Shown: one piece after another, positions 33,857 through 43,938 of the stretch | Numbering within the stretch: the stretch's first letter is position 1 | How the letters are laid out: each line of letters begins with the position of its first letter | Assembly: GCA_963771175.1 (NCBI GenBank) | Contig: CAVYSY010000050.1 | Location: 64,001 to 128,000 of the forward strand | DNA from: an uncultured delta proteobacterium | GTDB lineage: Bacteria > Myxococcota > Myxococcia > Myxococcales > Myxococcaceae | Reading direction: 5' to 3' | DNA: 64,000 nucleotides | Program-made: the position numbers and the translations under genes | Notes under the pieces: generated by a model | Databases searched by the model: none | What the model saw: only the letters and a program-made list of their open reading frames with translations | Told to the model about the DNA's origin: nothing

Positions 33857-34243
33857 ATGAGCAGCTCCATGGAAGAGGCGTTCAACGCGCTGGACTGGCA
33901 TGACACCGAGCTCCAGGAGCTCCTCATCGACCGGAGGGCTCCCGGCGAGCGGGACGAGCTCGTTCTCACCCTCCGCTGGCCCGGGCCCGAGGGGCGCACG
34001 CAGCGGCTGCGCTTCACCGACTGCTACGCCCTGGAGGCGAACATGAACTTCGGAGTCATCGCCCCGGAGACGCTGTACACGGCGCACTGCGTGTCGGACT
34101 CGCCCAGGCTGGAGGCGGTCCGCAAGACGTGGGCCCACCTCGGAACCGACCTCTCCGGCCTGCGCCTCTTCGAGCTGGAGACGAACTCGACGTCGAGCAC
34201 CCTGCGCATCGTGGCGAGGGGATTCGAGCTCTCGGACGTGTGA
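33857..34243 (+). CDS. Small hypothetical protein (N-terminal WHD motif, immunity-like)
   Basis: Clean ORF with GC3 bias; GGAGG upstream. Confidence 0.7.
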   Translation: MSSSMEEAFNALDWHDTELQELLIDRRAPGERDELVLTLRWPGPEGRTQRLRFTDCYALEANMNFGVIAPETLYTAHCVSDSPRLEAVRKTWAHLGTDLSGLRLFELETNSTSSTLRIVARGFELSDV

Positions 34244-34526
34244 TTACGGGTAGCGGCGCCGGTGCTCCTCGCGCAGCGAGGCCATGTAGCCCGCGGCCTC
34301 GTTCATGAGTGGACTGTCGCATACGTCCTCGCGGAAGGTCCCGGCACCTGGGGCCGTCGTCATCGGCGCGGCCTGGGAGCGGGCCTCTCAGGGCGTCCGC
34401 GACGTGTTCCCCCAAGCAGGAGAGGAGGGGGCGAGCGTGGCGCCTGGGGCAGCGGCCAGGAAGGAGCCGAAGAAGGAGCCGGAGATGGTGTCAAAGGATT
34501 CGAAACGCGGGACGCAAGCCACAGAA

Positions 34527-34596
34527 GTACGCCAGCACCTTTCGCCTGCCTCCACAGCGGGCGCAGGCGAACACGTCCAGCGCGAACGTCCTGCGT
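34527..34596 (-). mobile_element. C-terminal shard of an IS91-family transposase
   Basis: RRTFALDVFACARCGGRRKVLAY, the CxxCGG zinc-ribbon end typical of these transposases. Confidence 0.7.
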
Positions 34597-34718
34597 GGCC
34601 GAGGGCGTTGGATCGAAGCAGTACACCTCGCCCGGCCACAATGCCCGTCCACCTTGTCCCTGGACCCTCGGCTCACCCTGGAGCTACCTCGGCGTGGGGG
34701 CAGGGGCGAGCAACGTGG

Positions 34719-35216
34719 TCATCGAGCTGATCGCTCGGGGCTATCCGCCAGCCATTTCCTGCCGAAGGGCTTGTAGTACCGGTAGGGCCTCAACGTGCCG
34801 TCGGGACTCACCTCGAGTAATCGCCGATGCTTCACGCTGTTGACATATCTGTCCCCGCAGTGGCAGCGGACGAGCAGGCCGATGCCGTCCTGAACCACCC
34901 GCTGTGCGAGCTGTCGGTCGGCTTCTGCGAGGTCCGCGTCCAGCCACAGATGCTTGTAATCGTCGGAGCCGCAGCGGCCCTGGTGACAGGAGGGGTAGCT
35001 GGGCCGCCACCATTCCGAGAAGTGGATGAGGGCGATGATGCCGCCCCAGAGCAGGAAGTGCGCCACGAGCCCCGCGAAGCCGCCAGCGATGCCACCGAGC
35101 CCACCGCCGATGAGAAGTCCCGCCACGTCGTTCCCGCCATACGAGGCGCCGACGAAGACACCCGTGATGAATCCGACGACGGGGAAGAAGAGCAGGGTGA
35201 ATGGAATGAGTGACAT
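34719..35216 (-). CDS. Small membrane protein with Gly-zipper TMs and a Cys-containing C-terminus
   Basis: GxxxG-rich helices followed by CHQGRC and CHCG. Confidence 0.6.
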   Translation of the reverse strand: MSLIPFTLLFFPVVGFITGVFVGASYGGNDVAGLLIGGGLGGIAGGFAGLVAHFLLWGGIIALIHFSEWWRPSYPSCHQGRCGSDDYKHLWLDADLAEADRQLAQRVVQDGIGLLVRCHCGDRYVNSVKHRRLLEVSPDGTLRPYRYYKPFGRKWLADSPERSAR

Positions 35217-35488
35217 CGCGGCCGGAGCATCCAAGGGCCATGCCAAGGCCTCATCCCGTGGGGCAACATCCCAGGGCTCCACCAGGACCCACCCTCGTTC
35301 GTGACAACCTGTCAGGGCCCCGTCGCGTCTCCCTGACACCTTCGGGCTTCGTTCCGCCTCGTGCTCGCGTCAGGGGCGCGCGTTCTCCCTGGGTGCATGG
35401 CGTGCGGCGGGCGGCCGTCTCGTGCATCCTGGAGCCCTGACGAATCCGCGTTGCTCGCGAGTCCGCATCGGGCGCAATCTGCGCGGTC

Positions 35489-36007
35489 ATGATTCAGGAC
35501 TTCGAGCGCACGACAACCGAGCGGCTCCTGCTTCGCCGCATCCAGGAGAGTGACCTGGACGCGGTGTTCACCCTCCATGGGGACCCGGAGACGAACCGGT
35601 TCAATCCCTCCGGGCCCCTGCGCTCCATGGACGCCGCGCGCGAGCTGCTGGAGCTGTGGTTGGGAGACTGGGCGCGTCATGGCATGGGGTACTGGGCTGT
35701 GGAGCGGCGCGACGCGCCCGGGACTGTCGTGGGCTTGAGTGGCGTGCGCCGCAAGGAGCTCGAAGGACAGGCGGTGCTCAACCTCGCCTACCGGTTCAGT
35801 CCCCAGTCGTGGGGCTCGGGGTATGCGACGGAAGTGGCTCGCGTGGCCCTGGCGCTGGCCCGGAAGCACATCCCTGACGTTCCGGTGGTGGCCATCATCA
35901 ACCTGGAGAACGTGCCCTCCCTCCGCGTGGCGGAGCGGCTCGGGATGCGGCGCGACCGAATCATCGACTACGAGGGCATCGCGAGTGCCGTGTATCTGTC
36001 GACGTAG
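35489..36007 (+). CDS. GNAT acetyltransferase (RimJ/RimL type)
   Basis: TERLLLR, WGSGYATE and NVPSLRVAERLGM. Confidence 0.92.
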   Translation: MIQDFERTTTERLLLRRIQESDLDAVFTLHGDPETNRFNPSGPLRSMDAARELLELWLGDWARHGMGYWAVERRDAPGTVVGLSGVRRKELEGQAVLNLAYRFSPQSWGSGYATEVARVALALARKHIPDVPVVAIINLENVPSLRVAERLGMRRDRIIDYEGIASAVYLST

Positions 36008-36059
36008 ACGGTAGGCCGACGAAGTCGTGGAGTGTGCTCCTTCGCCTGAACGCGTCTGG

Positions 36060-36168
36060 GAGCATAAGACGGATAGGGGAGCTGTTGAGGGTGGTGGGCT
36101 GGAGCAGAGGGGCCGAGGAGGGTCGCTGACGGGAGCCGCCGAGCAGTGAGCCCGGCCGGTGGAGAGGT
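36060..36168. repeat. Dispersed ~110-bp repeat, copy 2
   Basis: Near-identical to 43939-44047, starting gagcataagacgga. Confidence 0.88.
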
Positions 36169-36323
36169 AGTCGGTCTCGGCCCAGTCGTCCGCGCGGTCG
36201 ATGGCCCCTGCCTCGAGCTCAAGCATCGTCTCGCAGATCATGCTCGGGGTTGCCGCGCCACGCTGCTGCGCGAGTGGCGCTCGCGCGAGTCCATCCCCGA
36301 GCCTCAACCCGGATGAGCGGCTC

Positions 36324-36340
36324 CTGACAGAAATTGGCAG
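36324..36340. promoter_or_regulatory. Imperfect palindrome CTGACA-N5-TGGCAG, candidate operator
   Basis: Lies ~55 bp upstream of the SRPBCC-remnant/EVE unit and resembles HTH-WYL-type operators. Confidence 0.4.
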
Positions 36341-36395
36341 TACCCCATGAGAGGGTGGCCTCCGTCGGCACGCCGCCGGCACCGAAGGAGCCACC

Positions 36396-36500
36396 ATGCG
36401 CCGCTACGTCCACGAGACCGTCGTCTCCACGCCCCTCGAGGGGCTCTTCCGCGCCATCACCGACATCGCCCACGGGTCCCGCTGGGAGCTGCGTTCATGA
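36396..36500 (+). pseudogene. Internally deleted SRPBCC-like gene remnant
   Basis: AAGGAG then MRRYVHETVVSTPLEGLFRAITDIAH..., 34 aa, stop overlaps the EVE start. Confidence 0.5.
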
Positions 36501-36988
36501 CGCGGGCCTGGGTGGGAGTCGTCTCGCGGGCACACGTGCTGCGGGGGGTGGAGGGCGGGTTCGCGCAGCTCTGCCACGGCAAGCGCCTGCCGCTGGAGCG
36601 GATGAGTGTGGGGGACTGGCTCGTGTACTACTCCCCGAAGACGGAGCTTCACGGGGGCGAGCCGCTCCGGGCCTTCACGGCGCTGGGCCGCGTCCATGGA
36701 GAGCGCACGGTCCTCTTCGACATGGGGGGCGGCTTCGTCCCCTACCGCCGGGAGGTGCGGTTCGAGCGCGCCGCGCGGGAGGTGCCCCTGGCTCGCCTGG
36801 GCGAGAGCCTCGACTTCATCAGGAACAACCCCCACTGGGGGATGCTGGCCCGGCGCGGGCACTTCGAGATCAGCCTGGAGGATCTGAACACCATCGCCGC
36901 GGCCATGGGCATCCCTATCTCTTTGTCGCACCGTTGCCGCCCGGAGAACATGTCCTCCATTGGCGCGGATCCTCGGCGTGTCCCTTAG
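36497..36988 (+). CDS. EVE-domain protein (C-terminus probably altered by a junction)
   Basis: WVGVVSRAHV..GVEGGFAQLCHGK and GDWLVYYSP. Confidence 0.85.
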   Translation: MTRAWVGVVSRAHVLRGVEGGFAQLCHGKRLPLERMSVGDWLVYYSPKTELHGGEPLRAFTALGRVHGERTVLFDMGGGFVPYRREVRFERAAREVPLARLGESLDFIRNNPHWGMLARRGHFEISLEDLNTIAAAMGIPISLSHRCRPENMSSIGADPRRVP

Positions 36989-37343
36989 GACCCGTCAGCA
37001 AGGATGTGACATATGTGCTGTCCATTCGGCCGCGGGGAATGAGCACCTCGCGAATGGCATACAGGACGCTGTCGGGGTCCAGGTTCTCGCCGTCGATGCA
37101 AGCGGTCAGGTCGCGCTGTTCTCACCGGAAGGTATACCTTGCCCACTCGTCGCGCTGAACTTCGGGTATAGCCAGTAGGCAAGCAACTCAAGAGCCAAGA
37201 GGGACTGCTCGGCCACAGGGCGAAACGCCAGGTGGAGGAAGCACGCCGTGAACAGTTGCCAAAAATGCAGGTGAGGCCGGAGCCGTGAGAGATTCTCCTC
37301 CTGCGGCTCCGTTTGTTTCAGGGTCCTGCCGAGATGCCGCGGC

Positions 37344-38906
37344 CTACGGAGCCTCGTCCGGCTGGGACGCGACGACGGCCGGGGGCTCGACGAGGAACTC
37401 GATACGGCTCGCGTCCGCGCAGGATGCATCGGGCCGCACCGCGGGCTTGCGCAGGAATGCTCGAGCGATGTCCGCCGCGCAGGTGTTGGTGTCGAGCACC
37501 GCGTGCGCTCCGCCCGCGATGACCACGTGGTGGCCGTGCTTGAGGGTCCGCTCGGCGGCGATCCCCAGCGCCGGCGGGACAACGGGGTCGAAGTCTCCCG
37601 AGAGCAGCAGCGTGGGCACCTTGGACACCACCGGCTCGTACCAGGACGCGTCCGCGGCGCCCGAGGGCCACTGAGCGCAGGTGTTGAACATGTCGAGCTG
37701 CGTGGGCAGGAAGAAGTTCTGGAGCTCCGGCAGCACCCCGGCCGCTCCCGCCCGCACCGCATCAGGAGTGGTCGCGGACACATCCTCGCGGCACAGGGTG
37801 GAGAGGTGCATTCCGTAGCTGAGGCGCATGAACGACGTCAGCATCGGCGAGGCGCCGATGGCGTTGCCGAGCAGAGGGGTCTGGTCCTCCTTCAGCTCGT
37901 GGAGCATGGCGGGAATCGTCTCGAGGAGCGCCGGGTCCTGGAGGAAGCTGAACAGGAACTGGACGAAGATCGCCCCGTTCACCGGCAGCCGGCCGATCCT
38001 GCCATCCCGGGTCTCGAAGCGCACCTGGAGGGGACGCATGTTCAATGCCCGCACCACCGCCGGGAAGACCTGCTCCAGCGCGGGATAGCGGGCGTTGCAG
38101 GCAGCGTCCGCGGCGCAGGCCGCGAAGACCTTGCGCAGGGAGCGGTCGAAGCCCGGTACCGCCTGGAGGTAGAGGTTGTCCCGCGGCGGCAGCACCGAGT
38201 CGATGATGGCGCTGCGCACGCGCTCGGGCGCCCGGCGGAGCACCTCCAGCGCGAGTCGCGAGCCGTGGGCGGAGCCACGAAGGTTGATGTGCTCGAGCCC
38301 CAGCGCGACCCGGAGCGCCTCCACGTCCTCGGCGCTCTCCTGGGTGTTATAGGCCGTCACGTCGATGCCCTGGCCCCGCAGTCGCGCGCTGCACCGGCGC
38401 AGCGGGTCCGGATACGGCATTCCGACCTCCCAGCACTCCAGCGCGGGCTGAGAGCCCCCGACGCCGCGCTGGTCGAACACGATGAGCTGCCGGTCCGGGG
38501 CGAGCGCCGCCACCCGCTCCCGTGTCAGGGGGGTTGTGAGGTGCGCGACGCGAATTCCCGGGCCCCCCACCAGGAGTACCACCGGGTCCTTCGCCTTCGC
38601 CTCCTTCGGGTCCCCGAAGATGGCCACCGCGACGCGGATCCACTGACCGTCCGGCTGGGCGTGGCGCTCCGGGACGGCGACGTAGCCACACCGGACCGTC
38701 TCGCCTTCCACCTGGTCTGGTGCCAACGGGAACCAGCATGGAGCTGGCTCGAAGCCCACGGACGCATGCTTCTCCGTCAGGGCCATCCCGGTGCTGCCCG
38801 TTGGGGTGGACGGCTCGACATCCCCCGCCTGACCGCAACCCGCGAGCAGCAGCCCACTTCCCACCCGCACCAGCCAGCGTGTCATCCATCTCTTCGAGAA
38901 ACGCAT
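37344..38906 (-). CDS. Lipoprotein alpha/beta hydrolase (TAP-like) with atypical nucleophile motif
   Basis: LLAGC lipobox; CGYVAVPE, GGPG, FDQRGVG, GSAHG, GDFDP and AHAV. Confidence 0.88.
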   Translation of the reverse strand: MRFSKRWMTRWLVRVGSGLLLAGCGQAGDVEPSTPTGSTGMALTEKHASVGFEPAPCWFPLAPDQVEGETVRCGYVAVPERHAQPDGQWIRVAVAIFGDPKEAKAKDPVVLLVGGPGIRVAHLTTPLTRERVAALAPDRQLIVFDQRGVGGSQPALECWEVGMPYPDPLRRCSARLRGQGIDVTAYNTQESAEDVEALRVALGLEHINLRGSAHGSRLALEVLRRAPERVRSAIIDSVLPPRDNLYLQAVPGFDRSLRKVFAACAADAACNARYPALEQVFPAVVRALNMRPLQVRFETRDGRIGRLPVNGAIFVQFLFSFLQDPALLETIPAMLHELKEDQTPLLGNAIGASPMLTSFMRLSYGMHLSTLCREDVSATTPDAVRAGAAGVLPELQNFFLPTQLDMFNTCAQWPSGAADASWYEPVVSKVPTLLLSGDFDPVVPPALGIAAERTLKHGHHVVIAGGAHAVLDTNTCAADIARAFLRKPAVRPDASCADASRIEFLVEPPAVVASQPDEAP

Positions 38907-39078
38907 GCTTCCTCCTTGGCGTGTCTGGGGACGGCGAGTCGCGACCGTCCACGGCCTTCCCCTGGAGGTGCGACCCCGTGTGCCAATCCTCATCCCTGTT
39001 CGATTACAGGAATAGTGGAAATATTGGAAGCATCAGCACTCTCAGTATTACCTGACACGAAGCACCTGACACGTTCCC

Positions 39079-39279
39079 TCAGCCCTCCCGGCGCTCCAGA
39101 GGTAGGAAGGTGAGGGTGTCGATGCCGGCCGCTTCCACGGCCTCGCGGAACTTCTGGTTCACCGCGATGTGGCCGTGCGGCTCCGCCACGCGCACCATCG
39201 TCGCCACGTCGCTCGGCAACCGCTCGAGCTCGGAGGCGGCGACGACGCCGATGAGGTTGAAGGCCACGTGGTCGCCCAC
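39079..39279 (-). pseudogene. C-terminal gene fragment, immunity-protein-like
   Basis: IAVNQKFREAVEAAGIDTLTF ending; no convincing start. Confidence 0.35.
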
Positions 39280-39372
39280 CGTTCACCCGGAAGGGCGATC
39301 ACTTCGTCGAGGGCCTTCGCCTGCATGGGGTGCTCCTGGGTCGCTGTGACACGTTTGGGAACGTTCGTCTGC

Positions 39373-42321
39373 CTACTCCTTCTTGCTCGTCAGACTTCCG
39401 AGGGAGGCCGATCGTCTCCGGACGTTCAGGTCATCGAGGCTCGCGCTCCGCTGCAGACCGCGCGGCCCCGACACGGGACGCACCTGCATGTCATCGTGCA
39501 GCCGCAGCGGCGCCCTCACCCATTGCCGCTGGTTCACCGGCGCCACGGGCCGTGGAAAGGCCCGCGCCGCGGCCAGATGTCCATTCATGTACTCCCTCAG
39601 CTCCAGCGCCGCCTCGTGCGGATTGGCCTCTGGAGCGGGCAGGCGGTGCGGGTTCATGGCGATCTGCTGCGCCAGGTAGACGACCCAGGCGCCGCAGCTG
39701 TTCTGGCCATACGGGGACCTGTCATCCTGGTATTTGAGGAGCGAGTGCTCCGCCTGGAGCCCTGGGAACGGATGTCTCAGGAGCCCGAGACGGTCGACCG
39801 GCACGGCGTTGGGGTTGAGGGGGTCGATGTAGAGCAACTTCGCCGGGCGGATCCCATCACCGCCGGCCCGGTCCAGCGAGATGTAGAGCAGCGTCCAGTG
39901 ATTTCCTCCCACGTGGAAGGCTTGGATGATCGTGTCGGTGGCGGTGGTGATCGCGGGATGGATCTCGGTCGTGTAGGCGAGGCGATTCATCTCCTCCCAC
40001 TGGAAGAAGATGACCCCCTCGATGACCGCGACGTTCGGAAGACCGCGGAGGAAGTAGCGCTGGAGGTTGTAGATGTCGTTCTCGGTGAAGTAGTACCCGG
40101 GCGTGGTGAGGTCCGGGAGCTCGTCGTCGGGCAGGAAGGCCCCCAGCCCGGCGGCTTGCGCCCGCTTCTCCTTCTCGACCTGCGACACCTCTTCCGATTC
40201 GACCGGGCTGACCTTCTTCGACGGCATGGGGAGGTCCGGCTCCGTCTTGAGGTAGTCCTGCTCCGCGAGCGCGCCGAACTCGATCCGCTGCACCCTGCCC
40301 GCGTTGCGTCGGTCCAAGAGCGGGACGTCCGGGACCCGAGGGATCGCCGGAAGAGGGGCGACGCGAGGCCTGCTGGCCTTGCTCGGACGCTCCTCACTCC
40401 CCTTCGCCGTGCACCCCTTCTGGCAAGCTGGATTCACGCAATGCTGCCCCGAGTACCGCCACAGGGGATTCCAATACGACTTGAGCAGCTCGCCCACCGC
40501 CTCCCCACCCTCCACCAGGTAATTGAACTCGGAGAGAAACCCTGGATAGAGATTGTCCGACCCCACGATATATGACTCATCATCGACAATCATGATCTTG
40601 GCATGATTGCCTGGCGCGGAGGGGACCTTCTTGTACTTGGAATACATCCCGCTCCCCATCTTGACGGCCTCGACCGCATCCCCAATGACCCCATTCTTCG
40701 GCGGTTGCTCCACCAGCGAGGGTTGTCTCACGGTCTGCGTCCACCCCTTGGGGTCGAGATCAGGCCAGTGATACGACTCACCCTCGATCGAGTCCTCGAG
40801 CGGCACGTCCGTGAAGAAGAAGGGCGCGATATGCAACCTGTCCAGCGACTCCAAGCGCGCGGCCCTATCATCCAACGGCTTGTCGTCAAGGCTGTACAGG
40901 CTGTAGTACCGAATCAAGTCGAAGGTGCGGCAAGCCCCCGAACCAAACGAGTACTGGTCTCCCTCCGCGCCGGCACCCGCGTTCAACGGCGAGACCACCA
41001 CCTGGACAACCAGCTCCTTGTTTTGAAGCAGCGCATCCATGATCCAGTGGCAGACGACATGCGACTGCCACTTCTTCTTCCACGCGCTGATCAGGTCCAT
41101 CTGCGACAACCTCAAGGTGCGTCGCGCGCCCATGATCAGCGACTGCTTCATCAACTCGGACGCCGCCTTGTAACCCGTCTCCAGGCTCGAGCCCGTCCAA
41201 TATTTGCCTACCGACAAGATGCGGGGCGCCCTCTTGTACTCCGAGAGCTTGTCGTATGAGTCGCTGTACGCGCTCTCTTCGAAGACGGGATCTTCCAGGT
41301 CCCGAAGTGTCCGCAGGTCTTCGGCCCGAATGGCCTCCGCCAGGCCAGCGAGCTCGGTCTTGAGGAGCCCCTTCACGAGGGGCCCCTTCACGACAGGCTC
41401 CTTCACGACAGGCCCACCATGGACCGCCACGATTCTCCGGTAGCGAGCCTCCCGATGGGCAGCGGCGCCTTCCTCGCTCAACGGATCCATCGGTCTCCGG
41501 TCTTTGGCGGCCGCCCTGTCATCCGCATGCTCTCTGAACGTGGGCGCGCTGAGGTTCGAGAGATCCAGATACTCCTTGGTCAGCAGGTCCGTTTTGCACT
41601 CCCACATCTGGTTCAAATACAATTGCGAACCATATGCCGCCGCTCCATGCACGACGACCGATACGTCATGGACAGGGGGATAGCTGGTGAACAGGTCCAT
41701 GTTCAGGTTATGCCCCCCCACCAAGGCCTCGGTGCCGTCCGAGGCAATGATCTTCGAGTGGTTCCACGTCATCTTGGTGATGACATCATCATCCGACTCG
41801 ACGCCAATGATGGATTTGCCGTAATCGGCGAGGCCAGAGAGCACACCTTCCTGGAGCCTGTAGAATCTCCCCAGCCAGATTTCCGGCATCCGCTCCCAGT
41901 GCTCCGCCCGCGTTCTCACCCACCGGATGAGGCTGCCCTTGAAGTCGATGAAGTTCGGAGGCGTGCCTGACTGGAGCATCGTGGGCGTCTGCCCGAACAG
42001 GAACCTGAATTGCGTTGGCCTGTCCCTCTTCATCTTCGTGGTCAACGCCATGTCCATCGCTTCCAGGATCACCTTGGTCCAGGACGGATCCGGGCTGTTG
42101 AGGGACGCCAGGTCGCATCGGTACTTTGTCTTCTGGACGATCTCGACGATGGCCCCTTTGAACTCCTCCGTCCGGGCCTGGGCGGTCGCCATGATGCCTC
42201 TGCCAAAGGGCCTGCCCCAGATCCGTGGCGTATCCATGATGCGCACATAGGAGGGGCCACTCTGATCATTGAAGAGCTTTTGCGCGTCGATGATGCGCTT
42301 GACCGTATCGATGTGACTCAT
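39373..42321 (-). CDS. Phospholipase D (two HKD motifs) fused to a C-terminal CE-clan (Ulp1/C48-like) cysteine protease
   Basis: NHSKIIASDG..VGGHN and NHAKIMIVDD..VGSDN; then GNHWTLL, YIDPL and YQDD...NSCGAWV. Confidence 0.88.
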   Translation of the reverse strand: MSHIDTVKRIIDAQKLFNDQSGPSYVRIMDTPRIWGRPFGRGIMATAQARTEEFKGAIVEIVQKTKYRCDLASLNSPDPSWTKVILEAMDMALTTKMKRDRPTQFRFLFGQTPTMLQSGTPPNFIDFKGSLIRWVRTRAEHWERMPEIWLGRFYRLQEGVLSGLADYGKSIIGVESDDDVITKMTWNHSKIIASDGTEALVGGHNLNMDLFTSYPPVHDVSVVVHGAAAYGSQLYLNQMWECKTDLLTKEYLDLSNLSAPTFREHADDRAAAKDRRPMDPLSEEGAAAHREARYRRIVAVHGGPVVKEPVVKGPLVKGLLKTELAGLAEAIRAEDLRTLRDLEDPVFEESAYSDSYDKLSEYKRAPRILSVGKYWTGSSLETGYKAASELMKQSLIMGARRTLRLSQMDLISAWKKKWQSHVVCHWIMDALLQNKELVVQVVVSPLNAGAGAEGDQYSFGSGACRTFDLIRYYSLYSLDDKPLDDRAARLESLDRLHIAPFFFTDVPLEDSIEGESYHWPDLDPKGWTQTVRQPSLVEQPPKNGVIGDAVEAVKMGSGMYSKYKKVPSAPGNHAKIMIVDDESYIVGSDNLYPGFLSEFNYLVEGGEAVGELLKSYWNPLWRYSGQHCVNPACQKGCTAKGSEERPSKASRPRVAPLPAIPRVPDVPLLDRRNAGRVQRIEFGALAEQDYLKTEPDLPMPSKKVSPVESEEVSQVEKEKRAQAAGLGAFLPDDELPDLTTPGYYFTENDIYNLQRYFLRGLPNVAVIEGVIFFQWEEMNRLAYTTEIHPAITTATDTIIQAFHVGGNHWTLLYISLDRAGGDGIRPAKLLYIDPLNPNAVPVDRLGLLRHPFPGLQAEHSLLKYQDDRSPYGQNSCGAWVVYLAQQIAMNPHRLPAPEANPHEAALELREYMNGHLAAARAFPRPVAPVNQRQWVRAPLRLHDDMQVRPVSGPRGLQRSASLDDLNVRRRSASLGSLTSKKE

Positions 42322-42373
42322 CTTCTCTTCACTCCTGGCTCGCGCCGCACAGTCCCAGACGCCTCAAGACGTT

Positions 42374-43621
42374 CTACAGGAACTTCCAGTTCACCCACCC
42401 CGAACCGCTCCGCTCGACCGTGCAGGGATAGCCCAACCTGTAGGGGGGATCGCCCACCACGTCCTCCAGGTAGTATTTATCGGTGCCGAGCCTCCCGGGG
42501 ATGGACGAGACCCGTCGCACATTGAGTCGCCCGGATACGCGGGAGGTTCGCGCCTCGCCGCCTGCCATGGCATCGAACTCTCCGTGGACCGAATGGATTC
42601 GTCTCCTCAGGGTCTTCGCGTCTTCCGTGACGCGGCACCGGGTCTGGAAGACCGTGCCCCACTGGGTCAGGTAGGCTCTGGCGACCTTGTAGACCAGCCT
42701 GGGGACCGGCGCGACGTTCTTGCTGACCTTGGAGGGCTCGTAGGTGCCATCACTGGTGGTATTTCCCGCGACGGTGCCATGCCTCCCCCGGCACGCGTAG
42801 AGGTGGTAGTTCTGGGGTTGCTTCAGCTTCTTCTTGTTGGGGGCTAGCGGATCGTCGAGCTGGCTGTCATCCGCGAGGGTCTGCCACGTGGAGCCCAGGG
42901 GGCGCATTTCGAGCTGAAGGTGCTCGAGGTGCTCGGTCATCTGGAAGTTGGGGCGTGGGACCAACGCATCGAAGCCTCTGTCCAGGTGGTCCCATGCGTA
43001 GACTCCGACATAGCTGCGGACGTTGGGAGGCAGCTGGGTCAGGATTCCATACCAGTCTCCGGGACCCGGAACGGGATCGATCGCGAAGATGTTGATGGGG
43101 ATCTGCCGGAACTGGCCTCCATAGGCATAGAGGAACCAGGCGGCCATGATCGATGAGACGGCGCCGCGGCTGTGTCCGAGAAAATTGAACACAGTCGCCC
43201 CACCCTTGCCCGCGTCGGCCGCGAGCTTCGCACCATGCAACGCAAGGGCTGCAGCCCCCCAGCCATGAGCCTGGGAGGTCAGGGTCCGCTGGTTGCTGCC
43301 GTTCGAGTAGGGCTCGACATACTTGCGCAGCTCGGGCGGAGCGAAGCTCTTGGTGCCGCTGAGGACGTCGCTGGTGTCCTTCTGGGCGGCCCAATCATTT
43401 TCACCGACACCTCGAACGGTGACGCTCGATTTGGTGCCCTTGAGGTCCTTGGAGATATCCAGGTGAACCCGCACCGGGATGTAGCCCGCATCCTGGTCGT
43501 AGATCCTCTTGTCACTGACGCCGTGATCCTTGTCGAGGAGCTTGTAGTCCCAGCGTCGGTCGTCTTCTCCCTCGTCTCGCGAGCAGGCGGTTCCGCAGAA
43601 GCACACGGTGTAGGCGGGCAT
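42374..43621 (-). CDS. Serine hydrolase / lipase-like protein
   Basis: CFCGT at the N-terminus, FLGHSRGAV, AIDPVPG and GRHGT; co-oriented 52 bp upstream of the PLD gene. Confidence 0.8.
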   Translation of the reverse strand: MPAYTVCFCGTACSRDEGEDDRRWDYKLLDKDHGVSDKRIYDQDAGYIPVRVHLDISKDLKGTKSSVTVRGVGENDWAAQKDTSDVLSGTKSFAPPELRKYVEPYSNGSNQRTLTSQAHGWGAAALALHGAKLAADAGKGGATVFNFLGHSRGAVSSIMAAWFLYAYGGQFRQIPINIFAIDPVPGPGDWYGILTQLPPNVRSYVGVYAWDHLDRGFDALVPRPNFQMTEHLEHLQLEMRPLGSTWQTLADDSQLDDPLAPNKKKLKQPQNYHLYACRGRHGTVAGNTTSDGTYEPSKVSKNVAPVPRLVYKVARAYLTQWGTVFQTRCRVTEDAKTLRRRIHSVHGEFDAMAGGEARTSRVSGRLNVRRVSSIPGRLGTDKYYLEDVVGDPPYRLGYPCTVERSGSGWVNWKFL

Positions 43622-43938
43622 CCTGTTTCCATCCCCGGTCAAGTAGGTTTCCCGGCATCACCGGGTAATCAGGGGGGCATTTTATCACTGTCCTGTAGGA
43701 GACGGATGTAGGGACTTCCGGTGCGCCTGGAAGCCCCAACATGCCGCCGAGCCCCTACCGGGGCGCACCTGAGTGGGTATGGAAACGTGGGTGGGAGGAG
43801 ACGACGGGCTCATAGCCCGGGCGCTCATCGAAGAGCTGCACCCACCGGCCGTCGAAGCCGCCCTGCGCCGCCGTGTACCACTGGCCCGGCAGCCAGAAGC
43901 CTGACTCGGTGCCGTCATGCGAATCCACGACGCCGGAG

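Noticed and set aside
41361..41415. 15-nt repeats within the PLD gene (PVVKE/PVVKG/PLVKG)
   Set aside because: Short in-frame loop repeat.
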